In this document: positions 1 through 16,289 of the stretch, piece by piece | How positions within the stretch are numbered: the first letter of the stretch is position 1 | Layout: every line of letters begins with the position of its first letter | DNA from: the human T2T-CHM13v2.0 reference genome, Homo sapiens | Assembly (NCBI RefSeq): GCF_009914755.1 | Contig: NC_060937.1 | Strand: one strand, 5' to 3' | DNA length: 64,000 nucleotides | Made by a program: the position numbers and the translations under genes | The notes under the pieces: model-generated | Told to the model about the DNA's origin: nothing | Database searches by the model: none | The model's input: the letters and a program-made list of their open reading frames with translations, nothing else

Positions 1-152
1 ACCCACCAGAAGGAAGAAACTCTGAACACGTCCAAACATCAGAAGGAACAAACTCCAGAAACGCCACCTTAAGAGCTGTAACACTCACCGCAAGGGTCCA
101 CGGCTTCATTCTTGAAGTCAGTGAGAGCAAGAACCCACCAATTCCGGACACA
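1..152 (+). mobile_element. LTR12 (ERV9) LTR, 3' (U5) end; truncated by the window edge
   Basis: Canonical LTR12 terminus ...GGCTTCATTCTTGAAGTCAGTGAGAGCAAGAACCCACCAATTCCGGACACA. About 91% identical to 61024-61176. Followed by GTAC (right TSD candidate). Confidence 0.93.
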
Positions 153-361
153 GTACTAGTTAAGCATAAAATATATTTAAAAGGAAAAAAAAAATCAAAC
201 TTGTGATAATATGTAAATCAGTTACCACTGATGACATCATCACCCCATATAAACTTTTTCTTAGCTCAGCATGTAGGCTGCTCTATTTTACACATCATTA
301 AACCTTTAGAGCTCCTAGTTTTAGACAAATAGATCTCAGTATAGCAGATATACTAAATGCC

Positions 362-725
362 TGTATTAGTCTGTTCTCAAGCGGCTAATAAAGACATACC
401 CAAGACTAGGTAATTTATTAAAAAAAAGAGGTTTAATGGACTCACAGTTCCGCATGGCTGGGGAGGCCTCACAATCATGGCGGAAGGCAAAGTAGGAGCA
501 AAGGCATGTCTTACATGGTAGCAGGCAAGAGAGCATGTGCAGGGGAACTGCCCTTTATAAAACCATCAGATCTTGTGGGACATATTCACTAACACAAGAA
601 CAGTACAGGAAAACCCACCCTCATGATTCAGTTACCTCCCACCGGGTCCCTCCCAGGATACATGAGGATTAGGGGAGCTGCAATTCAAGATGAGATTTGG
701 GTGGAGACACAGCCAAATGGTATCA
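362..725 (-). mobile_element. THE1B-type MaLR solo LTR
   Basis: 364 bp with TG...CA ends, reverse complement of the THE1 consensus (TGATA..TTTGGCTGTGTC..CACCCAAATCTCATCTTGAATTG... to ...ACTAATACA). Perfect 5-bp TSD ATGCC at 357-361 and 726-730. Confidence 0.92.
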
Positions 726-1179
726 ATGCCTGAGTGGTCAGAGCAAAGCTGTCTGCCTTGAGTAAGTGGATGGAGAGTCATGAAATGGAGTCACAGGACT
801 CATAGAGCCATTTCATATGAGAAAGGATAAAACGAAACTAGCAGTTTATGCTTATACTCCTCATTCATATTAAAACTGGAGTATATGCATGTGTATGTTT
901 GTGTCTCTGAAGTTAATGTGCTGCACATACATATATATATATAGTATATATAGTAATACCCCAAAGAAAATTCAGTTTTTCATGTCCTTTAAAAGCTTTA
1001 TTTCCTTATCGAATTCATTGACTTTTGAGAAGTTTATTTAACATTCATGGGTTTTGCTGGACACCATTCTGCCTGAGGAATCAGAGATTGCCATGTTGTC
1101 TTGACTTTGTTGTGTTGTATGTTCTATCTTTTCTTATCCAAAATAGAACTTTTGTTGATTCTTCTCAGCACTCCCTGTG

Positions 1180-2040
1180 TAAACCTGTCCCTGCCCTGTT
1201 TCCATTTCCCAGTTCTCTAAACAGCATCATAGTCTATCAAGCTGTGAGACCAAAAACCTGAGTCATCCTTGAGTCCTTTTCCGTTTGCTCCCAACAGTTA
1301 AATGGAATCTATCAGCAAGTCCTGTTGGTTTTGCCTCCAAAATAGATCCGTAAATTCACTTAGGCTCTTATCACTTGATTGCTACTACTTCAGTCAAAAC
1401 CACCCTACATACAAATCCACACTCTACCCTCTAGCCACAACGATCTATTACAATTACAAATGAGAGCATGTCTTTTCCCTGCTTTAAACTTCACAATGGC
1501 TTCTCCTTATGCTTAAAATAAAACCTGATCTCCTTATTTCCAGAACAAGGTGGTGCATGATCTGCCCGTAGTCCCCTGATCTCACCACTTACCATGCTGG
1601 GTGTCACATATTGTGCCCCACTCTCAGTAGTTTTCCATATTTTCTGCATACCTCAAGCCCATTCAATTCTCAAGACATTCACATGATTATATTTGCGAAT
1701 GCTCTTTGCCAAAACCATTCCTCCATTCCTGACATTTTTCTGTTTTTTCGTTTTGGCTTACCTGTTATCTCTTGGAGAGTGATTCCTTATCTAGCCATTC
1801 TAAATTGGCAGCATAATGCCCACCCCCTCTGTTTTGAAACATATTACCCAGTTTTATTTTCATCAGGACACTTTTTGTAACTGAAATATTGTTATTATTA
1901 ACGCAGGGTGTTTTTTTTTAAATTGTTAGTCCTACTCTCCCTTACCACAGCCCTTTCGACAGAACATCGTCTATCATTACCCTTTGTATCCCCAGGGGCT
2001 AAAATATGTTTGGTACATAATCCAAGCTTAAGGCACAATT
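1180..2040 (+). mobile_element. L2 LINE 3' region, highly diverged
   Basis: L2-like motifs CCAAAAACCTGAGTCATCCTTGA, TCAGCAAGTCCTGTTGGTTTTGCCTCCAAAATAGATCC, CTGCTTTAAACTTCACAATGGCTTCTC. Boundaries approximate. Confidence 0.65.
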
Positions 2041-2061
2041 GTGGGAGAAAATTGTTATTAA

Positions 2062-2443
<382 letters not shown>

Positions 2444-3147
2444 ATTGATTTGCTCTTAATAATGGCTTGGTAAAAAATTTAATAATTTTTTTTAAATATG
2501 GGAGGACAGCTGATAACAGAGAAATGGGAGTGTTAATACATATGATGTCACTGACAAACTAAAATCAACAGCCTTCTGAAAATACAAGACAATTTTAAAA
2601 ACAGAGAGTACCACGATTTTTCCCCCTTTCTTCTAGTTATTTGAATTCTTCTCTCTAAAATGATTATATTAGTCATAAAATATTCCTTCTTGTTGCTGAA
2701 ATTCTAACACATTTTACTATTTTCCTGATGCAGAGTCAATAGGGAGTTATCTCCCAAAAGTGATTTTTCTACAGCTTTTATCTATCTCACAAATGCAAAT
2801 ACAAAATTAAACTCACTCAGAAACATCATGCACATAATGTAGGGTTTTTTTTTTTTAATTTTTGATACCCTGAGGATTTCTTTGTCCATAAATCAATGGA
2901 AGGGTTATACTCATGCACATGGATGTAACCTCGTTTCTCTCTGATAGACATCATGGGGAGAATATTCTTCCCTTAGGAAGCTATACAAATATAATGCAAT
3001 ATCATAAAATGTGTACATATTCTTTTAACTGTTTCAGGACAATAATTGTACTTTCAGTGCTAAGTTGCTAAATCATTTTCGTGTCTTAAATTTCTGTGTC
3101 TTCAAATTGTAACCTAACACTATTACTAACGCTTAGGTACTTGTATA

Positions 3148-4280
3148 AGGAATGTGCTTGTTTTTATACAAGAAAGAACTAATGTTTTTCACTTTGTATC
3201 AGTAGACTTTGAAACTCCAAGAATGTTTTTACCCTTATGCTGAGAACATAACAACATGCAAATAAATAAATGGTGATAACAACTTAAGTGCAGAAGAATA
3301 ATTATCTAGTTTTGTGATAAACATTGTTCTTCCATTTTCATGAACAATGTGCCCTCAAGATTCACAGCATATGATAAAGAAAAGCTGTATGAGAAACCTA
3401 GAAAGTGCAGTGAAACAAATTCCTGGAATGAACTTCCTCAGTAGTGGGATCACAGTAACCAGAGAGAGTGGCAGATTTTGACAGAGCAGCTGTTAATGCT
3501 AGTACAGAGAAAGCTTGAAATTTATCTCAATCTTAGATTTCACACTCTGCTGTAGACCTCTCATATAGTTAGTAATCTCATCTTCAGGCAATTCCATCAT
3601 TCAGCATTTTCATACTCAATCATAAGATTTTGTGTGTGTGCTAAAAATGTCATTTTCTGAAAGAACACACATGTCTGGATAAAACCTTATGGCCAGACTC
3701 AGGTTCCTTAAGGAAATTTACAGATATTCAGACATATTCCTCTATATTTATATACATTCCTTCAACAACATTGGTCTGTTAGGATATAAATATAAAGGGA
3801 TTTTGTTCATTGTTTTAACATCTCTCTCCTATTTCCTCCTATGGAAAAAAACAAAGCTGCTTGGGAGAGAAGCTAAGATTTTAGAAAATGATGGAAAGAG
3901 CCTAAATAAAACAAGAGAAGCCTTACCCTACTTTGCCTGAGACAAGAAATTCTTAGTTTGTATGTTTGTTTTTCTCCAGCAAGGAGGAGGGAGTGAGGAT
4001 AGCAGATAAGGGAAGATTTGTGGAAGAGAAGGGAGTCCCAGGATCATGCCACAGGGTGAAGCTAGGCCTGAGAGATATTCAAGGTGGCAGTGTCTGAAAG
4101 AACTTTCAAAACCATGAAAGTTTAACGCTCAATTGGAAGCTATTTGACTTGTGATGTACTTTTCAGAGTTTTCCTTCACTCTAGAATATTGGAAAATACT
4201 TTGTAGGAATGTGCTTGTTTTTATACAAGAAAGAACTAATGTGTTTCACTTTGTATCAGTAGACTCTGAGACTCCTAGAA
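3148..4280 (+). repeat. 76-bp direct paired duplication (3148-3223 and 4205-4280)
   Basis: AGGAATGTGCTTGTTTTTATACAAGAAAGAACTAATGT(T/G)TTTCACTTTGTATCAGTAGACT... occurs twice, 72/76 identical, offset 1057 bp. Confidence 0.92.
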
Positions 4281-5129
4281 GCAGACCAGCCATAAGAATG
4301 CAAGCCTGCTGTACATATCCATAAAATATAAGGAGAGCTTTCAATTTCCACAGGATAGCCAAGGATGTTAATCCAATTTTACCTCCATAGAAGAAGCAAG
4401 TCTCCCTTAGATATTTTTGTTTTCTATATATATATGTGCCTTGCCTAATAAAGAAATAGCAATAAGGTCTGAATAGATCACTTCTCTTTCTTCACACAAA
4501 ACAGCTAGGCAGTGTAAAGGTAAGAGAGTTCATAATACAAAACTCAAACAAATAAAGTAAAATGACTATATTAAAATCACTATATATTTTACATGCATTG
4601 CTTTTACTAACAGTAACTTTGCCTGTCAGGAATTTAATAGTTGATATGTCAAAGTGATTTGGCCTGTTATTAGTTGTTCTGAAGTGAAATTGTCTTTTAC
4701 ATGTTAGAAACCAAGGGCCCGTCTTGATGGTCAATTAGCTCATAACTTTAACATCTAGTTATAATTTTGTTAGACAGCATCTTATAAAAAAATCATGCTT
4801 AAATTTTTGATGCATTCATTTAATTATATACCAAGAGTAAAAGATAGCATTTTAAATGTTAATGGAGACTATTTTGACATTGCACTGTCGTATAAGCATA
4901 TTGCAATTAGTAAGCTGTGGAAGGAGATGATAACATCACAGCAAATCCACTAGGATCATGTGGAAATATAGGCAAAATAAAAATGATATATGAATGAAAG
5001 AATATAGTGAGGGGAAAGTTCTCCATTCTTATGTTTAAAAAAAAAATCCTTAAAATCAAATTGCTTATTAGAACTTTAGCCAGTCCTAAAGGAAAAGTCT
5101 TATTGAATTCAGTGCCATTCAGTTTAAGT

Positions 5130-5255
5130 CAATATCATTCAAGATGCATTAAGTATTTGTCTGTGAAGAGCTCCATACTGGGTGCTGCATGGGATATAAT
5201 AGAATCTACCTATCTGCTTTTTTCCCAAGGAGTTCATGTTCTAATTAGGGAGGAA
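5130..5255 (-). mobile_element. L2 3'-end fragment
   Basis: CATTCAAGATGCATTAAGTATTTGTCTGTG...CTGGGTGCTG...CCCAAGGAGTTCATGTTCTAATTAGGGAG resembles the antisense L2 3' end. Confidence 0.5.
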
Positions 5256-5978
5256 AAGTTTGCATATTTGACAGTACCAGACTACATTTGAATAAAAAAC
5301 GCGTGGTATGGGGATGGAGCTTTTAAAGGGTTATTGTCCATTGTTTTTTAATTAGCTCCTTTTTCCTCTGACACTTGTCTTCTTTCTCCCTTTCCCATTC
5401 ATTACACCAGAATGCCAATCTTTAACCTTCAATTATTACTTCAATGTGTTCCATATTTACAACACTGAATAAATCCATCTGTCTGCTAATAAATAAATAG
5501 TCTTGACCTCAACAAATGATATTACAATGCAAATGCATGATTCTAACAAAGAAATACAGAGACCTCTTAAACATTTATACTTTTTACTTTGCATAATGGA
5601 CCCAAAGGACATGTTTAGAGAAATATTTAGTGAAACACAGCTTACCACCATTATCAACAACTCAACAGAAAGTTTTCTTTCAAATTGTCAGAAGTACCAT
5701 TTTAAAGTACAAACCAAATTTAATTGACATTATAATCTGTGACTTTACTTTTTTACTACCAAATTATGCAAGGAATAAATAATTTTCTTCAGGAACACAG
5801 AAAACTTGTAGTGCTTATAAGGTTTCTGATGTACAATTTACTTCTTATATAAACCACAGTCACCTAATTTAGGACTACATTTTAGTTAAGACATATGTTT
5901 TTCTCATTTATATTCCACTAGTGCTGGTTTGCATCCTAAGCCTAAATAATTGCTTAATAAACACACCTACTGTGTGTT

Positions 5979-6354
5979 TGTTATTAACTGTATGTCTGTG
6001 CCCACCCAAAATTTATAGTTTGAAGGCCTAACTCCCTCTATGACTGTGGTTGGAGATAAGACGTGTAAGAAAGTGATAAAAGTTAAATGAGATCATGAAG
6101 GTGGGGCCCTAATCTGATAGGGTTGGTTCTCCTAATCATAAGAAGAAGAAATAACTGAGCTCTTTTTATCTACCATGTGAGGACACAGCAAGAACACAGC
6201 CATGTGCAAATCAGGAAGAGGGCACTTGCTGGGAACTTAATTGGTTGGCACCTTGATCATGGACTTCCCAAACTTCCAAACTGTGAGAAAACAAATTTAT
6301 GTCATCTAAGTCATCCAGTAGTCATGTGGTAGTTTTTTACAGCAGACTAAGATA
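5979..6354 (+). mobile_element. MLT1A/MLT1A0-type MaLR LTR
   Basis: AAGTTAAATGAGATCATGAAGGTGGGGCCCTAATC, CCATGTGAGGACACAGCAAGAA, GGCACCTTGATCATGGACTTCC..AACTGTGAGAAA and terminal ACTAAGATA. Confidence 0.85.
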
Positions 6355-6389
6355 AGGCACAATTAAGACATGGAAATATTTACTCACAG

Positions 6390-6435
6390 ACACATACACA
6401 CACGCACACGCACACGCACACACACACACATACAC
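6390..6435. repeat. (CA)n/(CACACG)n microsatellite
   Basis: Read directly from the sequence. Confidence 0.85.
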
Positions 6436-6462
6436 TGATAAACTGACTCAAAATGATTTGCA

Positions 6463-6664
6463 CCAGCCTAAGCAACATAGTGAGACTTTACAAAAAAAAA
6501 AAAAAGAAAGAAAGAAAGTAGCTAGATGTGGTCCCATCTACTCAGGAGTTTGAGGTGGAAGGATAGCTTGAGCCCAGAAAGTCGAAGCTGCAGTGAGCTA
6601 TGATCATGCCACTGCAATCCAGCCTGAATGACAGGGGAAAAACCCTGTCTCAAAAAAAAAAAAG
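6463..6664 (+). mobile_element. 5'-truncated AluJ
   Basis: End of left arm, expanded A-rich linker, right arm and poly-A. 13-bp TSD AAAATGATTTGCA at 6450-6462 and 6665-6677. Confidence 0.9.
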
Positions 6665-6973
6665 AAAATGATTTGCAGGAGAGGGGATCAGGAGTAATCC
6701 AGATGTCACTTTAACACTCAATGTAAGTCAAAGGGGTCAAAAGCAAAATATATTCAAAAATATAGGTGCATCTTGAACAACATTCAAAGAAAAAAGAGAT
6801 ATAATTTGGGAATGAGAAGGTGAAAAGTAATGGAAGTTCTGGAGGGGTGGGTTTCTAAACAGTAGTTGAATACAGGAGAAACAGTTACTGATATGCAAAT
6901 ACTAAGTACTATGTAGTATGAAAGGTTCGTATATATGGAGTTTCTATTAACCTTCTGTTCTTGGAAACATGTC

Positions 6974-7309
<336 letters not shown>

Positions 7310-7734
7310 TAAAACAATTAGAAAGGGTAGATAAATAAAAATAAATTACAAACTCACCTAAAATGCCACTACTCAAAATTAACCATAATGAAAGTTCTGT
7401 TATTTCTTCTGCATATATTGTGTACAATATATACAATTATATGTCTTTTCCACTTAAGAATATATCATTAATATTTTTCAGTGTCATTATATGTCATTGT
7501 ACTGTAACGTCATTACAAATCACATTATATGCTGTTTTTCCTCAACATAATTTTTAGGATACCATACAAGCCATTCTATAGATACTCAAAACGTTGTATA
7601 GTCAAATTACCATTCATGAACATTTTGGTTGTTTATTGGTTGAGGGTGTTTCTATTTATGAAGAATATTCAGAGCATTTATAGGTTAATTATAACCCCAT
7701 TATATAAGAGATGGGATGATTAAGTATTAATTGA

Positions 7735-8603
7735 AGACAACACCAAATGCTGGTGAGGAGGAAGACAGGCTGGATCACTCATCTGTTGTATTGGGAATAT
7801 AAAAATGGTGCTGCCTCTGGAAACTAGTTTCAGAGTCTTACAAAATTAAATCTGCAATTGTCGTATGATTCCACAATCACACCCTTGGTTATTTATCCAA
7901 GAAATAAAAATTTCTTTGATTTACATAAAAATGTAAACACAAATATTAAATAGCAGCTTTATTCCTAATAGGCAAAAATTTGAAACAGTCCAAATGTCTT
8001 TCAACAAGTGAATGACTCAAAGAACTGCTATTACCATGGAATTCTATGCACCAATTAAAAAGCGTCAACTATTGATACATTCAACCACTTGGACAAATCT
8101 CCGGGGGATTATACTGAAGGAAAAAAACCCATATAAAAAGTTAAATACTATATGATTCCATTTATACAACATTGTTGAAATGACACAGTTTAAAAAATGG
8201 AGGACAGATTATGGTTACCATGGATTAGGGATGAGGAGGGAAATGTGGAGAGCAGTGGGAAACAGGTATGTGTGATTATGAAAGAACATGAGAGATTCCG
8301 GTGTTGGAACTGTTCAGCATTTTGACTACTTTGGTGGATACATGAAACTACACAGGAGATAAAATTGTGTAAAACTAAATATAACACAGACACACACACA
8401 AATGAATACCAGTAAAACTAATGAAATCTGAATAAGATAGGGAGATTTATCAATGTCAATATCCTGGCAGTGATATTATACTACTGTTTTGCAAAATGTT
8501 ACCATTGTGTAAACTAGGAAAAGTGGACTAGGGTCCTCTCTGCCTTATTTCTTACAACTGTATGTCAATCTTCAATTATATCTATTAACATTTCAGTTAA
8601 AAA
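7735..8603 (+). mobile_element. L1MC/L1MD-type LINE-1, ORF2 end and 3'UTR
   Basis: GACAACACCAAATGCTGGTGAGG, ATACTATATGATTCCATTTATA, GAAATCTGAATAAGA...ATCAATGTCAATATCCTGG...ATTTCTTACAACTGTATGT. Confidence 0.8.
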
Positions 8604-10062
8604 TCACTTATAGAAGAAGATGCATAGTGAACACAAACTAAGGAAAACAGATTTTAGAAAAGAAAAGGGAATTGATTAACTTGACAAAGTAGTTAGATTA
8701 GGCAATAGATTTTGAATACAGGATTGTAGAGGTTGAAGACAACAGAATCCAAATATGACAGTTACTTTTGTAAGACACATTTAAAAAAGGTATTTATTTC
8801 ATTTGTCATTAGAGGACACATTAAGATAAATGGCTTTCAAAATCTGAGAAAAATTAATGTCTAGTACATATTTTATAAGTTTCAGTGCTTATATAATTGA
8901 ATAATGCATATGCATAAAAGGGAGGAGGGAGGTGAAATAGAACAGAATGCATAAATATCTGAATGAACTATTCAATAATAGAAATATATAATTTTTACTT
9001 TAGAATTAACCTTCTTAACATTTTATCCTGCTATTCTAGGCATAGATATAAAATCTTACTACTGGTTAAAAGTAACAAGAATTGTTGCTTTGTCAAAATA
9101 TATTAGATGAGGCCTAATAACATTTTAATTTTGTTTCCTATGAGAGAATATTTATTGTTACATGGTAAGTTATCCTATACAAATAGCACACTCACATATT
9201 ATATCAGATATTCTGATCTAATTCTGATCCTCCCAGACATTTATTGTAAATTTTTATGTCTTTATATCAAACAATATCATAATTCATCTGGAAGCCTCTT
9301 TATGAGTAACAAAATACCTGTAATTTGAAAACATTGACCCTTTGCTTGGTATTTGCAGACCTATGATTCACTCACCTAATTGTACATGGAAAATTATAAT
9401 GGCCATAGATTGAATGTTATGGCAAAATATAAGGGCATTATAAAAAGACTTAGCAAGCTATATTTAGACTAAAAATAGCACCTAAATGGCACTAATGTTC
9501 TTTTTTTTTTAACATTGTTGCCATGAGAAATAATTGTCCTTTTCTGCTCTACATATCAGTTGTACTCCAGGCTACCATCCTCATTATCGCTTGATAGTTC
9601 AACGGCTAAAAGACTGTTGTTTTTGTATAATTATTCTTATTAGCCATTTTGCATAAAAGCTTATGAGATAGTAAGTTGATTGTATATGCAATTACAAATG
9701 AGAAACTCAAGAGTGACTGGGTAAATAATTCTTCTGAGGTCACAAAATAGTCAAATGTTTGGGCAAAAATTAACATTTTTCTTTTTCTAGTCTCAGTCCA
9801 ACATTGCATTCCTGATTATTTTGGCTGGGTTTTGGATATAAATGTTTTATCGTGTATGACTAAACTAATATGAATGTTTGATTACATATAAAAATCTATA
9901 ATTTGTTGTAGTTGTTCCAGAAAATTAGGAATAATATTAACTTTTAAATATATATGTTTTTGTAGACATTGTGTCACAATGGAAAAAAAAAGAAAGGAAT
10001 ATAATTTCGACTCAGAATTCTTGAATTCTCTTAAACTTATGACTCTTTTTCACCATATAAGC

Positions 10063-11390
<1,328 letters not shown>

Positions 11391-11712
11391 CTTGCGTAAA
11401 TGTATTAACCCCTTCTGAATCCCTTGTTATCAATTAAAACTCAATTCAGCTATCCTCTCCTATTTTTAATTTTGCCTGAACCTCCTAAATAGATTTCCTT
11501 GTTACCTATGTGAGTTTCTTGAAAGAAAAGATTGTGTCTTTCTCATCAATTTATCATTAGATTCTAGCATAGTATCTGGCACAGGTTGAGATGCTACGTT
11601 AAGACAGTCCATTTGCAATGTTTGATAAACTAAAAAATAATTTACAGACTTACATCTTTTTATTGCAATCAAGTTGCAGTCAGTTAAGGGTATTTTGTTG
11701 AGAGCAGTTGGG

Positions 11713-11751
11713 TTTTTTTGTTTGTTTGTTTGTTTGTTTGTTTGTTTTTTT
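11713..11751. repeat. (TTTG)n microsatellite
   Basis: Read directly from the sequence. Confidence 0.85.
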
Positions 11752-11949
11752 GGTGCCAAATCAACTGAAATGCAATGCAATTATCAGTCAATATTACTTG
11801 CATGTGGACATAGGAATCCCAAACCATCCCACTATCGGGTTCTTTTACATTATGGAGTGTTCAGTTAATTTTTTCCTCTACTTTCTTCCTTTCTACCAAT
11901 ATTTTCCAGCTTTATTTCTCTCCCCTACTTCTAGTTTTAACATTCCATA

Positions 11950-13910
11950 GTAGGTCCATAAAATCCCTCTGGTCAATAGCCTAGATACTCTTATCATTTT
12001 GGACGAAATCACCTAGGAAAACACCACCTGTCAATAAATTCAGTTTTCTGCTTTCCTACTTGCCTACGGCAAAGCTGCAAACCATTACCAAAGATAAGTT
12101 GTAGGGAAAAACAAGAATGTCTCAACAACACATTCTTAGTTGAGCCATTGAATCTCCATATTGCTGAGCCTTAATTTGAATCCGATATTAATGAGCAACA
12201 ACTATGTTTGTTCTCTGGTCAATTTATTGTAAGCTCTACATAGCCAATTTTCCCAACCAGCTTCAGTCTCCTCAAATCTGTTTTGCCTCCCTGCTTCCAC
12301 AATCTCATTTCTCTCTCTCTATGTCTTTACTGAACCAGACCATCTTCCTCATGCAAGTGATCTTGTCTACTGATACATAAATAAAGTAGAAGTTTTCAGG
12401 TGAAAATAACCTTAAATTGATGATATACAAGCTACCCACACATCCTCCATTTACATGCTCCTTTAAAATGGAGTGCATGTTCCTTAATCTTCTCTTGTGT
12501 CTTCCGTATCCCAATTGTTCCAGTCTTCTAAATACTTTGCTGCTAACTCAGTCTATTTTTTGTCTTCAAATTTCCACACTTAATGCATCTTTCAAAAAGA
12601 TGAAATCATATCTGTCCTCAGAAATAATTTATTTAAGCCAGTGTGTCTATTTACTACTGAGCTGTTCTCCCTTTCCATCTGTGATTCTTATAAAAGACAT
12701 ATTTCTCACAATTTCTAGCCAGTCATTCTCGCCCTTCAACAAACTGGAATGTGGCTTCTGCCCTTGACTGCTTCATAGAAGCTGGCCTTTCTTCAGCCAC
12801 AAACAATTCCACTGTGACAACTCAGTGCAGGAAATAAAGAATGACCTAGTAATAGCAAAGATATTTTTGGGCCGGGCGCAGTGGCTCATGCCTGTAATCC
12901 CAGCCCTTCGGGAGGCTGAGATGGGAAGATCACTTGAGGTCAGGAGTTCGAGACCAACCTGGCCAACATGGTGAAACCTCGTCTCTACTAAAAATACAAA
13001 AATTACCTGGGCATGGTGGCACATGCCTCTAATCCCAGCTACTCGGGAGGCAGAGGCAGGAGAAGTTCTTGAACCTGGGAAGCAGAGGTTGTGGTGAGCC
13101 GAGATCTCACCATTGCACTCCAGCCAGGGTGACAAGAATGGAATTCCATCTCAAAAAAAAAATACATATATATATATTTATTGTTGTTGTTGTTGTTGTT
13201 AGGAAAATACTATATTTACATTTTCAGTCCTAGCTTTCTTCTGTTTCCTGACACAGGCATACATGTTAGTATTTCTCACAAGCATCTGTCATACCTCTGA
13301 GAGTTCCTACTTCAGTAAATAGCACCATAATCCACCCAGTTGCTTAAGTCAGAAATCTGGATGTCTTTATTGGTATATTCCCTGAATCCTCCTCACATCT
13401 AGTCCCATCAGGATCTACTCAAAAATCTGGGAATGGTTCTTAACTGGTTTTGGAATAATGCTGAAAAGCCTTAGAAGGTCCACATGGCCCTGTAAGATCA
13501 CCCCATGCCTACCACCTTCCTCTTCAGTGAGTACGCTCCAAACACATTGCATTCATATTTTAAAATATGCCTTGCTTTTACCTCCCTCTAGGCCTCAGAA
13601 TTCCTTCTTCTCACTGTGTGGTATCCTCTTTATCCATCAATATCTTTTCATCCTTTAGGTTTTAGCTAAGATATTATTCCCTCAAAGACATTTTCAGAAC
13701 CATCTCCCTCCAACTATATCACGTTATATCAAGTTTCTCTTTTATTCACTCTCAAAACACACTGTAATTTTTTCTTGAATGAATATAATGAGGTTTTTAT
13801 AAATTAATGCTATGTTATTTTTTACCAGACAAGCCCTATGAGATAAGAAACTATGTCTCTCCAATACTCAGTACAATCTTATAGATAGTAACTGCTTACT
13901 AAATATGTTA
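11950..13910 (+). mobile_element. L2 LINE relic (ORF2 to 3' end), interrupted by an Alu
   Basis: L2-like segments CCTTCAACAAACTGGAATGTGGCTTCTGCCC...AATGACCTAGTAATAGCAAA and TCAGTAAATAGCACCATAATCCACCCAGTTGCTTAAGTCAGAAATCTGG. Boundaries approximate. Confidence 0.6.
12870..13162 (+). mobile_element. AluS (Sq/Sp-like)
   Basis: Starts GGCCGGGCGCAGTGGCTCA, full dimer, CCATTGCACTCC and GACAAGA diagnostics, poly-A tail. Confidence 0.93.
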
Positions 13911-16289
13911 ATTTTATGTTTTTGTACCACAATTAGCACATAGGCATAGTACAAAAAAGTCACCAGATTAAAATATGTAAGCTAGACACTTTGGATTATT
14001 TTTAACCCAAATAAAAAAGATCAATTATCATAAAACATCACAGCAGATAAAAAAAAAAAAAAGGAAAGGCAAAATTCTTCAACAGTACAAAGCAGGTAGC
14101 CTTTACTTTTATAATCAACATGAGGTTAGAAGCTATTTTGTGAATTCAAATCAAGTCTTCATTTATAAACACTTTATTTCTTTGATAGTTTTATTCTTTT
14201 AAAATTTCAAAATATATATATATTCCAAAAATGTTAATTATAAATGAAGATTGTAGCTCTGTGATCAGGTGTTCCAGTTTCTTTATACACACACACATAG
14301 ACACACACAGAGCTATGTGTACATATATATTTTTTATAATGTCCATAATCGTAGCAATGAAATTTCAGGTCGTAGATTCAAACCTTTATGGCTATTATAG
14401 GGCCTCTGGAGGAATCTTGTTTAAGATTGTTAAAGATAGCATTCACAGTTAGAGTCCTAACCTTGGTAGATCATTAAATAAGAAACTACTAATGAGACAT
14501 TCACTTCCTCTAGCCAATGCTTCTTTTTTATTCAGCATGACAGCATTCACACCATAACTGCAAACTAATCTGTTTTGTTTTGGAATCATAATTACGTATT
14601 GACAAGCTAAACTGTGAGACCTAAATAGGGGAACTTAAGCTATTATGGGAGCATTCTCATGGGGAAAACCTAAAGGGACATCAATTATTTTGCCACAATC
14701 TCACTCCTTTTCAATTTTCCATTCTTGTGTGCAATGAAATCCTGGGAGAAAAGAAGCTATAAAAAACTAGATGCAATACATTGCCTGGAGATTGAGAAAT
14801 AGCTTCTATGGGTAATTAAAATAAAAACAGGTACAACTCATCAGTGAATTTATTCAAAGGAAAACATTTCTATCAGTGCAGTATATTTATTTTTATTTTT
14901 CATATAAATTTACACTAAAAAACTATAATATCAAACTATATATGTCTGTGTGTATACAAATACATATAATTATGAAGATATTATAACTGCTTGAATAAAA
15001 ACAACACAAAATCTCATGGAAAAAGTAATTGACAAACTATCTCACTGAAAAATAACCTGGTATTATACAATTTAAATTCATTTTAAAAATCTTTGCTACT
15101 GTTACATGAGATAAGAATTATTGTTATTTATTTTGTCAGTGAACCAGTCTACTAACAAATAAATATATAGGAAATTAAAATTAGAAATATTACCATGTAT
15201 ACTATTTGCCAATAATATATAAATTGAGATGGATTTTAACATAAAAAATATTATTTCCAGAATTGATTCATTTTAAGCATAGAATTATTACTTGCAGGAA
15301 CAAAACTCTATCCTGGACTTCAGAAACAGGAATTATAAAGTAAATAATAGAATCCAAAGTGAATAATAAGAGCATTTTTAAAATTTAAATTTTGTTTCAT
15401 TAATGACATTAAAAAATAATATCTATATTATCAATATTATATGAACTCTATATTTGGAGCACAAAATACTCATATTGAGAGAAAGCTTGTTATGCTCTGA
15501 CACCTATTTTGGAGATTAGTCATTGTCCCTCGTCAGTCAGTAGCCCAGAAATACACTGCATAGGATAGATAGTTCATATCCTTATTTCTATTACTTTTGT
15601 ACCCCACTCCCCGCCCCCCTAACACACACAAATTGAAATAGAAGCAGCCTGGCTTACTGATAGGAGATTGCTTTCATATTTTCTTAAGTTTTTCAGTTCC
15701 ACTTGAGTTGAAGAGCCTTAGTTATTGGTTAAAAGAGGGTTTTCAGAGTTATGGATTTTAGCACTCTGACTGAGGATTCAGATGCTCAGCAAACTTGGCT
15801 AAAACCTAGAAAATGACAGATGCATGAAAAGTTGAAAAAATAGGACACATAACTGTAAGCTCAGCTGATAAACTTCTGTCAGAGATTTATTATTTCTTAA
15901 AGTGCTGATGCTGAGGGAAAGGTGGAAAAACTAATTTCTGGTCCCTTAATCACAACTACTGATTAGCTTGAAATCAAAATTAATATTTGTCTCTATGTAA
16001 AATGTATACCATATATTTATCAAGAGATGATATAGATTATCTAAAAGTTTATTTTATGTATTTTCCCTAATGTATTCAATATGCTCCATAAAGACACTTG
16101 AAGCAAGTAAAAAATATAATTTACAAAGATACTTGTAAAGTAGAAAAATTTACTCTTTCAGATAATTTGTTAGAACACTCTTCAGTATCAAGGAAAACGT
16201 CATACCTTCTAGCCTCATATTATCTTCCTATTTGAATGTGATATTTACCTACTCAGGGGAGGCTGAAGCTGTAGTGAGAGTTTTCAACA

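Noticed and set aside
779-816. Small imperfect hairpin ATGAAATGG...CCATTTCAT
   Set aside because: A 9-bp stem is within chance expectation.
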